Origin: an uncultured Chloroflexia bacterium
GTDB lineage: Bacteria; Chloroflexota; UBA6077; JACCZL01
Length of the DNA: 64,000 nt
Direction of reading: 5' to 3'
NCBI GenBank assembly: GCA_963765765.1
Contig: CAVXYC010000015.1
Location: 96,001-160,000, forward strand
Made by a program: the position numbers and the translations under genes
In this document: positions 1 to 9,960 of the stretch, piece by piece
Position numbering within the stretch: position 1 is the first letter of the stretch
How the letters are laid out: each line of letters opens with the position of its first letter
Notes under the pieces: model-generated
Database searches by the model: none
Told to the model about the DNA's origin: nothing
What the model saw: only the letters and a program-made list of their open reading frames with translations

Positions 1-15
1 GAAGGAGCGCGCGTA

Positions 16-501
16 ATGTCTAACGCCAGTCTGCAACGCCCTGAAGCCATTAAGGCGGTTGAGCGCATCTACAAGCGGCTCATTGACGCCTGGAATCGAC
101 GTGATGCTGCCGGCATGGCCGCGCTGCTGAGCTCGGAGGCGCTCATGATCGGCTTTGATGGCAGCACGATGATCGGTCGGGACGACGTACGGGTTACGCT
201 GGACGCGATCTTTCGGGATCACGCTACACAACCGTACGTGTGCAAGATCCGCTCGGTGCGCATGATCTCGTACCACACGGGAGTGCTCCACGCGATTGTG
301 AGCATGGTTCCGCCCGGTGCCGATGTTGTGCAGCCTGAGCTCAATGCTATTCAGACGGCGGTCATTGCTTCGGAAAACGGTGAGTGGCTGATAGAGCAGT
401 TCCAGAATACGCCCGCGCAGTATCACGGACGCCCAGAGCTTGTAGCGGCCCATACTGAAGAGCTCCGACAGCTCCGCCCGGATCCTCAGGCTTACCTCTA
501 G
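16..501 (+). CDS. SnoaL/NTF2-like protein (SgcJ/EcaC, DUF4440-like)
   Basis: 161 aa; AWNRRDAAGMAAL and IGFDGS...GRDD pattern, C-terminal WLIEQFQNTP; GAAGGAG RBS upstream. Confidence 0.8.
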   Translation: MSNASLQRPEAIKAVERIYKRLIDAWNRRDAAGMAALLSSEALMIGFDGSTMIGRDDVRVTLDAIFRDHATQPYVCKIRSVRMISYHTGVLHAIVSMVPPGADVVQPELNAIQTAVIASENGEWLIEQFQNTPAQYHGRPELVAAHTEELRQLRPDPQAYL

Positions 502-503
502 CC

Positions 504-2124
504 ATGCTTCCTCGGGCCGACACGTATGAAGAAGTTGTCGAGGCATTTCGTTGGGACATGCCCGAATACTTCAACATCGGCTTCGACGTGTGCGACCGTT
601 GGGCCGATTCCGAGCCGAATCGGCTTGCACTGCTCTCAGTAGGCCGCGATGAGCAGGTCTCCACATACTCGTTCGGTGATCTCCAACGCGGATCGAATCG
701 ACTCGCCAATCTCCTGGACGATATTGGAATCAAGCCGGGCGAGCGAATTGCAATTCTGCTGGGGCAATCGCTGGAATGCGGATTGGCGCACATTGCCACA
801 TACAAGCTCGGCGGGATCGCGGTTCCGCTCTTCTCACTCTTTGGGCTCGATGCGCTGCAATACCGTTTATCGGATTCAGGAGCCGTGGTCGCGATCACCG
901 ATCGCCAGGGCGCCGACAAGCTCGATCGGATCCGCTCCAGCCTGCCAGCGCTACGGCACGTGTTAATTATCGACGGGACCAGAGACGGCTGCCTCGACCT
1001 GCACGCCGAGCTCGATCGGCAGGGCGACTCGTTTGATCCGGTCCGAACGCGCGCCGATGATCCGGCCTTGATCATCTACACGTCGGGAACCACAGGCCCG
1101 CCCAAGGGCGCGCTGCACGCACATCGCGTGCTCCTGGGACATTTGCCCGGCGTCGAGATCTCACACAACTTCTTTCCGGAACCTGGGGACCGTATATGGA
1201 CGCCGGCCGACTGGGCCTGGATCGGCGGTCTGATTGACGTCCTGTTACCCGCCTGGCATCACGGCGTCTCGGTGGTCTCGAATCGGATGGAGAAGTTTGA
1301 TCCGAGCGTGGCCTTCAAGCTCATGGCCGATCTGAATGTGCGCAACGCGTTTCTTCCACCCACGGCGCTCAAGCTCATGCGCACCGTGGAGCATCCGGAG
1401 CGGCAGTGGAGCTACAAGCTGCGCTCGGTCGCCAGCGGCGGCGAGACGCTGGGCGCAGAGCTACTGGATTGGGGGCGAGAAGCGTTTGGTCTGACCATCA
1501 ACGAGTTCTACGGCCAGACCGAGTGCAACATGATCGTCTCGTCGTGCGCGCGAATCATGCCGAACAAGCCGGGCGTTATGGGCCGGCCCGTGCCCGGGCA
1601 TGACGTCGCTGTTGTGAGTGATCAGGGCGAGCCCTGCGCGGTGGGGGTGTTGGGACAGGTAGCGGTGCATCGGCCGGATCCGGTGATGTTCCTGGAGTAC
1701 TGGAGCCAGCCGCAGGCTACGCGCGATAAGTTCATCGGCGATTGGATGATCACCGGAGATCAGGGCGAGCTGGATGACGACGGCTTTATTCGCTTCGTCG
1801 GCAGAAATGATGATGTGATCAACAGCGCCGGCTACCGCATCGGTCCGGGCGAGATCGAGGACTGTCTCCTGGGACATCCGTCAGTGAAGATGGCCGCCGC
1901 CGTTGGCGTACCCGATGAGCTACGCGGGGAGATCGTCAAGGCGTTCATCGTCCTGGACGACGGATACGCACCTTCCAACGAGCTGGTCCGCGAGATCCAG
2001 GACCACGTCCGCTCGCGCCTGGCGGCGCATGAATACCCGCGCCAGATTCAGTTCATCGATGCCCTGCCACTGACGGTGACCGGGCAAAGTGATTCGGCGA
2101 GAGCTGCGCGACTGGAAGGGCTGA
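504..2124 (+). CDS. Acyl-CoA synthetase (AMP-binding family)
   Basis: YTSGTTGPPKG, YGQTE and SAGYRIGPGEIE motifs; a frameshift near 2085 hides the expected TVTGKVIRREL end, which stops at TGA 2122-2124. Confidence 0.9.
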
Positions 2125-2195
2125 CGCTGGTCCGCCAGTCGGGTCCCCTCGTGGCGCCGACTGGTTCGCTTGTTAATTCAATTTCCAGACGTCTT

Positions 2196-2282
2196 TGTCA
2201 TCCTGGAGCGCAGCGAAGGATCTAGCCCGCCGGAGCTCAGGACTTCCGTGGGCTAGATCCTTCGCTGCGCTCCAGGATGACA
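2196..2282. repeat. TGTC-tagged REP doublet (perfect 33-bp inverted arms)
   Basis: TGTCATCCTGGAGCGCAGCGAAGGATCTAGCCC at 2196-2228 and its exact reverse complement at 2250-2282, between convergent genes. Confidence 0.9.
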
Positions 2283-2374
2283 GAGATTACTTGATGAGCG
2301 GACGCCTACGTGTTCAAGGATTCCGACTGTGTCGGCAGAAATTCTCGCTGATACATTTGTAATCGCCACGTAAA

Positions 2375-2406
2375 CTAGGGGCGCGCCCCTTCAGAGGCGC
2401 GCCTAC
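2375..2406 (-). repeat. Single GTAG-tagged REP-like palindrome
   Basis: Minus strand reads GTAG GCGCGCCTCT GAA GGGGCGCGC CCCTAG, just after the MOSC stop codon. Confidence 0.55.
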
Positions 2407-2417
2407 CCGAGACGAAT

Positions 2418-2963
2418 CTAGACCGGCTTCAGTGGTCGATGTGGCCCTTCCGGGAGCTCCACCTTAATGGCGTCGCCCGGACGTACCTCGCCGCCCGTCA
2501 GGACAATGGCCATGACGCCGGCCTTGCGGATGAGCTCTCCTTGAGCATCGTGGTCCAGTACGGCTGACTTCAAACCAGGTTTGAATCGATCGATCTGAAC
2601 GCACGGGTTGCGAAGGCCGGTGACTCTCGATCAACGACTTCCCTTCCTATTCGAAGGCGCGTGCCAGTTGGTAAGCCAAGAATATTCGAGTCCACGAGTG
2701 GTGACGTTCTCGCCCATCTGTCCCGCCTCAACATCAAACCCAGCATCGCGAAGCTCCTCGTGAAGCTCGGAGTGGATGAGGTGGACTTGCCGTAGATTCG
2801 GTTTATCGGGATTGTTGCGAGCGATGTACAGATGCTGGACCGTGGTGCCGCGATGGGCATCGCCTTCCACGCCCTCGCCGGGTATCAGCCGGATGCTCTC
2901 CCGATTTGGCTTGCTGAACGAGTGTGAGGACGATGCGCTGACCGCGGCGACGTGCGATTGCAT
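2418..2963 (-). CDS. MOSC domain protein (frameshifted)
   Basis: GVEGDAH, RQVHLIHSE and GENVTTRG, continuing in other frames as GLRNPC...KAGVMAIVLTGGEVRPGD to the stop at 2418. Confidence 0.85.
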
Positions 2964-2967
2964 TGAT

Positions 2968-3777
2968 CTAGATCCCTTGCTGCATGGGCCCGCCGAGCTG
3001 CGGCCAAGCGGCGGGCGAGATCGCTTTTTCGATCCGGTGCTCGATCGGCAGAGACTCGTCCCAATCCTGAGCGATGATGCGACGACCGTGGATGCCGTCG
3101 GACTCAGCGGATGCGAGCCAGACTACTGGGTCCTGCATGATTTCTGGCTTGAGTAGCTGGGAGCGATCACGATCCATGGGGATCATGTGCGTATCCACCG
3201 CTCCACCCGGCAGGAGCGCATTGACCGTGACGCCGCTACCTTCGAGATCGCGGGCCATAGCGGTGATCAGCGCCTCATGGCCGGCCTTGGAAGGTCCGTA
3301 CGGAGCGCCCCACAGCATGGTGGAGAAGCTGGTGGTCACGCCGATGATCCGCCCCCAGGCCTGAGCTCGGAAGTATTCCACCGAGGCCCGAGACATCATG
3401 AACGGGCCCGTAAAGTTCACACCAATGGCGCGCGTCCAGGTCTCAGGTTCCAGCTCCCAGAAGCCGCTCGTGCGGGGGTTGATTCCGGCGTTGTTGACCA
3501 GGATGTGGTAGCCGTCAAACGTCTCAATCGTCTTCGCCACCGCTGCCTTGGCATCGTCCCATGAGCTGACGTCGCCGACGATCGGAATCGCACAATCACC
3601 GCCGCCCGCTTCCAGGACCTCGGCGAGCGTTCGGTCCAGGCCCTCACGGTCGATATCCATCATGGCCACCCGTGCTCCCGCGCGGACGAGCGCCAGACTG
3701 ATGGCTCTACCAATCCCAATATCGCTCGCGGCGCCAGTGACCAGTGCCACCTTGCCGTCCAGGCGTACGTCTGTCAT
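2968..3777 (-). CDS. SDR family oxidoreductase
   Basis: VALVTGAASDIGIG, NNAG and YGPSK (YxxxK); start MTDV after GAGG. Confidence 0.9.
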   Translation of the reverse strand: MTDVRLDGKVALVTGAASDIGIGRAISLALVRAGARVAMMDIDREGLDRTLAEVLEAGGGDCAIPIVGDVSSWDDAKAAVAKTIETFDGYHILVNNAGINPRTSGFWELEPETWTRAIGVNFTGPFMMSRASVEYFRAQAWGRIIGVTTSFSTMLWGAPYGPSKAGHEALITAMARDLEGSGVTVNALLPGGAVDTHMIPMDRDRSQLLKPEIMQDPVVWLASAESDGIHGRRIIAQDWDESLPIEHRIEKAISPAAWPQLGGPMQQGI

Positions 3778-3946
3778 TGCGATGTCCTCGTGAAAAGCGT
3801 CGTGATTGTGACGGTAGCCCCGATCCTGTGACGCCAGCAAGGTTCCACGCACTGAGTGAGCGCTTGATATGGCTTCGTCGTGTGTGTCGATGCCGTGCCA
3901 CCGAGCTTGCGCGGTCGTTACCGGCGCACGGGGGCGCCGACAATCA

Positions 3947-4061
3947 CCTGTAGCGCGGCGGTCTTGTGCCCCGCGGACCGGGATCCCTTAAGACGAATAA
4001 GTATTCGCCGTGAGTTAATGATCCCTGGTCCGCGCGGGGCACAAGACCGCCGCGCTACAGG
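3947..4061. repeat. GTAG-tagged REP doublet (REPIN-like)
   Basis: CCTGTAGCGCGGCGGTCTTGTGCCCCGCG (3947-3975) and its exact reverse complement (4033-4061); related copy at 51902. Confidence 0.85.
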
Positions 4062-4244
4062 GGAAGCTGGGACTGTAGCTCCCAATTGCGCCCGAGGATC
4101 AAGTTATGGAGTTGTATCAATTGCTCACTACGTGCGTTGGAATCTGGCTTACAAACCGGATTGACTTGATATTCCTTGCCATGATGGGTGCGTCGGGAGT
4201 CTTATAAAGGGGACTGCCCGTGCTGTCATGTAAGGAGGTGTCCG

Positions 4245-5336
4245 ATGGGACAGATCCTGGGTCTCGGTATCACGCACTATCCTGGGCTGGCGTATAAGAG
4301 CAACCTTGCCGGTCGCATCAACCTGTTGCGTTCCGACCCGGCGCTTCCGGAAGAGCTTCGTTCTCCCGAGAACTGGCCCGAGCCAATGCGCGCGCAATGG
4401 TCGAACGACGAGGGCAACGCGCATCAATCGACGCATCGGCAGGAGATGATCGAGCAGTTCCGCACGATCCGCCGCGAGCTCGATGCGTTCGAGCCGGATC
4501 TCGTGGTGCTGTGGGGTGACGACCAGTACGAGAACTTCCGAGAGGACTGTGTCCCGGCGTTCGCTGTGCTGGCCTACGAACAGGCGGAGATTCAGCCCTG
4601 GCACCATGAGCCAAGGCCGGCCTCTGGCCCGGGCACGATGGGAAGCGACCGTGTGCTGAACTCGTGGGACGAGCCCGATGACACGACGTTCACGTTCCGC
4701 GGTCACCAGGAAGCGGGTAAGTACATCGCCAGCTCGTTGCTTCACGACGGCTTTGACATCGCGTATGCCTACAAGCCTCTGCATGGCGCGGGCCTGGGTC
4801 ACGCGGTCGTGAACTCTGTGCTGTACCTGGATTGGGATCGCAGGGGATTCGACTATCCGATCCTACCGATTACCGTGAACAGTTACGGTCGAGCACTGGT
4901 ATCGGCTCGCGGTCGGCCGCAGACCCCTTCGCAGGCGCAGGCACTGGAAGGCCAGATGGATCCTCAGGGTCCGCAGCCCTGGCGATGCTTCCAGCTTGGC
5001 GCAGCGGTCGCTCGCGCGGCCCAGCGAAGTCCCTGGAAGGTGGCGCTGATCGCATCGTCGAGCTGGTCCCACTCATTCCTCGTTGGCAAGCATTCCTTGA
5101 TGTATCCAGACGTCGAGAGCGACAAGCGGTTCTACCAGGCGCTGAAGCACGGAGATTGGGATACCTGGCGAAACGTCACGATCGAAGAAGCCGAGGATCG
5201 CGGGCATCACGAGCTTCTGAACTGGTTCTGTCTGGCCGGCGCCATGGCCGAGCTCGACCGGAAACCTGATTACTCCGTCTTCCTCGAATCCTGGATCACG
5301 AACTCAGACAAGGTCTTTGCCGCGTTTCGACCCTAA
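4245..5336 (+). CDS. Extradiol ring-cleavage dioxygenase class III subunit B (LigB-like)
   Basis: GLGITHYP, PDLVVLWGDDQYENF, GHA, ASSSWSH and GHHELLNW; AAGGAGGT RBS. Confidence 0.8.
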   Translation: MGQILGLGITHYPGLAYKSNLAGRINLLRSDPALPEELRSPENWPEPMRAQWSNDEGNAHQSTHRQEMIEQFRTIRRELDAFEPDLVVLWGDDQYENFREDCVPAFAVLAYEQAEIQPWHHEPRPASGPGTMGSDRVLNSWDEPDDTTFTFRGHQEAGKYIASSLLHDGFDIAYAYKPLHGAGLGHAVVNSVLYLDWDRRGFDYPILPITVNSYGRALVSARGRPQTPSQAQALEGQMDPQGPQPWRCFQLGAAVARAAQRSPWKVALIASSSWSHSFLVGKHSLMYPDVESDKRFYQALKHGDWDTWRNVTIEEAEDRGHHELLNWFCLAGAMAELDRKPDYSVFLESWITNSDKVFAAFRP

Positions 5337-5340
5337 CCGA

Positions 5341-5407
5341 CGAGTCATGAGTGATGAGTGGGACTCCGAATTTACTCATGACTCATGAGCCCATCACTCA
5401 TGACTCG
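5341..5407. repeat. Heptamer-period (TCATGAG/CTCATGA) low-complexity inverted array
   Basis: gagtcatgagtgatgag...ctcatgactcatgagcccatcactcatgactc between convergent stop codons. Confidence 0.6.
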
Positions 5408-5935
5408 CTATGCGGGATACCAGCGCTTCTGCTCGATGCAGCCTCGGAGGTAGGCGGCCTGGCCGGCGTGCTGGATGTTGTCGGCGATCACGCTCACAAG
5501 GCGGACTCCGACGGTGGGAAGCGGATTCCATTGCGGCTCATTCAGCTCGCGGTCGAGATCGGATTCCGACAGCGTCTTGATATACTCGACAGAACGCTGA
5601 TATACGGCGTCGTGATAGTCGAGGAGTAGCTGAGCGTCGGTTGGTCGAATCTCGGCGACCTGCTCGGATGTGTAGCGCTGACCAGTGTCCTGGGGATCTG
5701 CTGGCTTGCCGAAACGCTCATGCCAGCCATCGGAGACCCATAATTGTGGTTTCTCGGCGAGGCCGGAAAGATGATGGTCCTGGATGCGGGTGAGGTGCCA
5801 GACCAGCCAGGCAATGGAGTTCGCTTCATCCGTTGGCCGATAGACGAGCTGCTCCGGTGTGAGCCCGGGGAGCACTCGATTCAGGATCTGGCTAATGCGG
5901 CAGTAGCCATCGATGAGGACTTCATTGACGTTCAT
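5408..5935 (-). CDS. DinB/DUF664 family (mycothiol transferase-like) protein
   Basis: NSIAWLVWHLTRIQD, TVGVRLVSVIADNIQHAGQAAYLRG. Confidence 0.85.
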   Translation of the reverse strand: MNVNEVLIDGYCRISQILNRVLPGLTPEQLVYRPTDEANSIAWLVWHLTRIQDHHLSGLAEKPQLWVSDGWHERFGKPADPQDTGQRYTSEQVAEIRPTDAQLLLDYHDAVYQRSVEYIKTLSESDLDRELNEPQWNPLPTVGVRLVSVIADNIQHAGQAAYLRGCIEQKRWYPA

Positions 5936-6006
5936 AGGTGCGTCAACCTCCACGCGGGCAATGGTACCTTGTTCCACGTGCGATCTCGGGCTAGCATGGG
6001 CACCCT

Positions 6007-7299
6007 ATGACAAATGACAGTCCAAAAGCATCGACTGGTCTGCCCGAATTCAAGCGCCCAATCCTCCCCGACCAACTGTGCAATCTTGAACGACTCCTGG
6101 ACACGATGGAGCAGCGTGGCCTTGATGGACTGGTCGCTTATCTGCGTCCCAACGTCCTGTATCTGAGTAGCTTCGCTCCGCCGAGTGGCGCTTCGGTGCA
6201 CGAGACGAACGGCTATGCCGCGGTCGTGCTGTCCCGCCATGAGCCCCAGCATCCAGTCATCGTGGTGGCGGAATTCGATCTACCTTACTTTGCCTCACAG
6301 CCGTCATGGATTGGCGACGTTCGGCCGTTTGCCACGCTGATCACGCCGCTGGATATCGATTGGCGCCAATCAGCAATCGATCGATTCTTGCCCGCCGATG
6401 TCGCTCGCCTGGAGTGGGCTCAATCGGCTCGAGAGCATTACGCATCGAGTCTCGTGGATGGAGTGCGAGGGGCGATGCAAGATCTAGGGCTCACTCAATC
6501 CCGCGTGGGTTTCGATGATGCCCGCCTTGGCAGAACGCTTGACTTTGCTGACACCGTTCAATCGGACGCCTACGGCATGCTCAAGTACGTCCGACAGGTG
6601 AAGACGGACAGCGAGCTGAATCTGCTGCGGAATGCGACACGGCTCAATCAAATGGCCATTGAGCGGACGGTCGGGGAATGGTCGCCCGGTATGACGTGGC
6701 AGGAGATGATTCACCGCTATCACGTACAGGCCGTGTCGCTTGGCGGTTTTGTCAGAGATCCAGGCGCCATCGTGGTGTCCAACACCGCGGGGCCTGAAAC
6801 GGCTTTTTTCACTGGTGCTGTCCTGGAGGACTTCGACGTACAGCCAGGTATGCGGATCATGTGGGACTGCCACGGTACCTGGGGGCACTATTGCTGGGAT
6901 GGCGGCAAGACCTGGCTGGTGGGTGGCGTTGATTCTGGCCCAGGAAGCGCAAATGCCCGAGCCACAGCGGCTTCGATGACGGAGATCATCGATCGAGCGC
7001 GACCAGGCATTACTATCAGCCAGCTCCAGGCGGCGGCGCGAGCGGCGTTTCGCCGCTCAGGCGGGGATAACGCTGAAGGCGTGTTCATCTTCTTCCACGG
7101 ACTCGGTCTGGAGCATATCGACATGGAGCTCACCTCCAGTCGGAAGGACTGGAGCCTGGAAGCCGGGATGGTTGTCTCCGCGCACATCCAGGTTCCGGGC
7201 GATGATCACTCGCGGAGCTGGTTGGAGGAGATCATGCTGGTGACGCCGGATGGCGGAGAGCCGTTCTTTACCTGGGGGCATGAGCCTCTGATGGGCTAG
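6007..7299 (+). CDS. M24 family (Xaa-Pro peptidase/creatinase-like) hydrolase
   Basis: Creatinase-type N-terminus, RQVKTDSE, WD...YCWDGGKT, HGLGLE, LEE. Confidence 0.8.
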   Translation: MTNDSPKASTGLPEFKRPILPDQLCNLERLLDTMEQRGLDGLVAYLRPNVLYLSSFAPPSGASVHETNGYAAVVLSRHEPQHPVIVVAEFDLPYFASQPSWIGDVRPFATLITPLDIDWRQSAIDRFLPADVARLEWAQSAREHYASSLVDGVRGAMQDLGLTQSRVGFDDARLGRTLDFADTVQSDAYGMLKYVRQVKTDSELNLLRNATRLNQMAIERTVGEWSPGMTWQEMIHRYHVQAVSLGGFVRDPGAIVVSNTAGPETAFFTGAVLEDFDVQPGMRIMWDCHGTWGHYCWDGGKTWLVGGVDSGPGSANARATAASMTEIIDRARPGITISQLQAAARAAFRRSGGDNAEGVFIFFHGLGLEHIDMELTSSRKDWSLEAGMVVSAHIQVPGDDHSRSWLEEIMLVTPDGGEPFFTWGHEPLMG

Positions 7300-7414
7300 T
7301 GCCAGGTACGTCGGCACAGAGCAGATCTGGAACAATTTTGGTGATCGTGATCCGGCCGGTCGTCATCCGCGAATCATCCATCGATATCGCGGAAGTTGTG
7401 CAAGGAGCACTCTC

Positions 7415-8621
7415 ATGGCCGATGCTCAGCCTGCCCTCTTTAGCGCGGACATGCTGGCGAACCCATACCCGATCTACCAGGCGATGCGATCGGCTGATCC
7501 GATGTACTGGGAGCCCGCGCTGAACGGCTGGGCATGTACGTCGTACGAGGACGTCGTTCAGTGCCTCTCGCATCCGGACCTCTCAGTTGAGCGCGTCCGG
7601 CGCATGCCTGGCTGGGTGGAGTCCGAGGCGCAGGATCTCGAGCCGCTGCTCCGCACACTGGAAAGCATGATGCTCTTTGCCGATGGCACACGCCATCAGC
7701 GTCTCCGCGGACTCGTCTCCAAGGCCTTTACGCCACGCCCCGTGGAGCGTATGGAGACGCACATCCAGGAGATCGTCGATCGCTATCTGGACGAGGTAAA
7801 AGGTAGGTCCACGATGGACGTCCTGGCGGGCCTGGCCAACCCGCTACCCACAACCGTCATAGCTGAGATGCTCGGCGTGCCGGTTGAAGATCGCGTCGCG
7901 TTCAAACGCTGGTCGGATGACTTCGCGATGGCCTTCGCCAACGTGCAAACGACAGCCGAACAAAACGACGAGATTTTGAGCAGCGTGGCGGAGATGACGC
8001 GGTACTTTCGCCCGCTCGTGGAGCAGCTTCGTGAGAATCCGCGCGACGACCTTCTGAGCGGCTTCGCACTGGCGGAGAACAATGGTGACCGACTGACCAC
8101 CGAAGAGCTATTTGCCAACGTCATACTCATTCTGGTCGCGGGGCACGAGACCACGACGAACCTCATTGGCAACGGGACCTGGGCGCTATTCAGCATCCAG
8201 AACAGCTGCGGGCTGTGCGCGAGGATCCTACGCTGCTGCACGCTCGGCCATGGAGGAGCTACTGCGATTCGATAGTCCGGTGCAGTTCACGGCCAGGCTG
8301 GCCATGAAGGACGTTGCGCTCCGAGACCACACCATTCAGGAAGGCCAGGTCACGATCCTCATTCTCGGCGCGGCCAATCGTGACCCCGCGGAGTTCGCCG
8401 AGCCGGATACGCTGAACATCAGACGCGAGCACAACCGACACCTGGCATTCGGCCATGGCCATCACTTTTGCCTGGGCGCCGTGCTTGCGCGTATGGAAGG
8501 CCGGGCCGCGTTCAGCAGCCTGCTGCGGCGTTTCCCCGACATACGACTTGCGGACAATCCACCGAAATATCGGCCCAACTTCAACTTGCGTGGCCTGGAG
8601 TCGCTCGTCGTAGCAATCTGA
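7415..8621 (+). CDS. Cytochrome P450 (frameshifted near 8190-8250)
   Basis: AGHETT I-helix, EELLR K-helix and FGHGHHFCLG heme motif split over two ORFs. Confidence 0.92.
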
Positions 8622-8795
8622 CCCTGGATGGTTCGCCGGCCACCGAGATCTTGATATGCTTCATGCGCTTGCACGCACTAAGAGGTCATTAACACCAGCA
8701 GCAGTTCCTGCTGACGGGGGCCACTGGCCGGCGAATAATCTTGGCACGGATGATGAAGTCAGGTACGGGAACCTGCAGGCCTGTACAGTGCCGGT

Positions 8796-9335
8796 ATGCA
8801 GCTCGAGACGCAGCGACTCATCCTACGCGAGTTCACGCCCGATGACGTTCCGGCCGTGCTTGCTTATCAGCAGACTCCCGAGTATCGAAGGCTCCGTTCC
8901 ACCGACGCCTACACGCTAGAAGATGCCGAGGCATTTGTTGACAGATTCGTTGGCTGGCAGCGGGAATGGCCGCGTCAGCGGTTTCAGCTCGCAATGACTT
9001 TGAAGTCACATCCCGACCTCATCGGAACCTGCGGTATCCGCATGCAAACAGGAGCGCAACGCATTGCGACGATCGGCTACGAGCTGGATCCTGCGTACTG
9101 GGGCTCTGGATATGCAACCGAGTCCGCCCGCCGCATGATCGAGTTCGGATTCCAAGATCTCGGGTTAGAGCGGATCGAAGCTTGGTGCCGCGTGGATAAC
9201 GCCGCCTCAATCCGCGTTCTGGAGAAGCTGCGGCTATGTTGCGAGGGGCGATCCGCCGATTCCGAGCACGTACCCGAGCGATGGCGCAAACACTTCCGCT
9301 TCGCGTTGCTCAAGTCTGAGTGGCGCACCGCTTAG
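8796..9335 (+). CDS. GNAT N-acetyltransferase (RimJ/RimL type)
   Basis: LETQRLILRE, IGYEL..YWGSGYATE, NAASIRVLEKL. Confidence 0.9.
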   Translation: MQLETQRLILREFTPDDVPAVLAYQQTPEYRRLRSTDAYTLEDAEAFVDRFVGWQREWPRQRFQLAMTLKSHPDLIGTCGIRMQTGAQRIATIGYELDPAYWGSGYATESARRMIEFGFQDLGLERIEAWCRVDNAASIRVLEKLRLCCEGRSADSEHVPERWRKHFRFALLKSEWRTA

Positions 9336-9484
9336 GTTTTCGGCCCATCCATTGCGTGAGTCTGGGTCAATCCGGTTGATCTGACAATGTCAAGGGGGCT
9401 AGAATGGCAACAAACGTGTCGGCGGATGAGCTATCGAGATCGATCGAAGCTGACTGCGATGCCACTGGACGGTTCTGAGCTGGG
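9167..9484 (+). repeat. Diverged direct repeat, left copy (GNAT 3' end + spacer + dksA-like 5' relic + usp 5' relic)
   Basis: Aligns with 11966-12252 (38-bp exact match 9401-9438 = 12189-12226); 9462-9484 equals 12608-12630. Confidence 0.85.
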
Positions 9485-9960
9485 TGAAGTTTTCTAGCGA
9501 GCTACGTCGATACCCTGCGTAGTCATTGCGGCAGGCCTCTGTTCAGTGACGCGAGTGCCTATTGCATCGGTGGCTAAGCTAGGGTCCGGTCCTCGCGACG
9601 ATTGGTGCCTCCACTCGACCTGCTCGCCGAGTGATCCCAAGGAGGGGAGGATCCTGTGAGCTTCGTCAGTCCGCACTCCACATCCGCTACACAATGCTCG
9701 GTACGGTATTCGGTGCATCTCTTACTACAGTTAACCCGGAACTGAGATCAGCGCCACACAACAAGGCATTCGTCCAAGTCCCGCCCATGCGGCCCCGGCA
9801 AACGTTCAAGTCGGTGATATTGCGTTCTCGCCGTCGGTGAATAACGTTGCGAATCCGATTGACCCTGTTATTCAGTACCCCAGCGGCACTCGATGAGCAA
9901 AAGCTCCTTCTGGCGTGGCTCGCCCCAGCGAGCAACAACTGGACACAGGTGCCGAACTCC

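Noticed and set aside
362-1075. Long antisense ORFs (also 12408-13199, 53271-54332, 57311-58099, 62192-62926)
   Set aside because: Shadows of well-supported genes on the opposite strand in GC-rich DNA, with no motifs of their own
9700-9960. Possible PD-(D/E)xK nuclease relic (minus strand ELLLIECRWG)
   Set aside because: A single short motif followed by a stop; not enough to call
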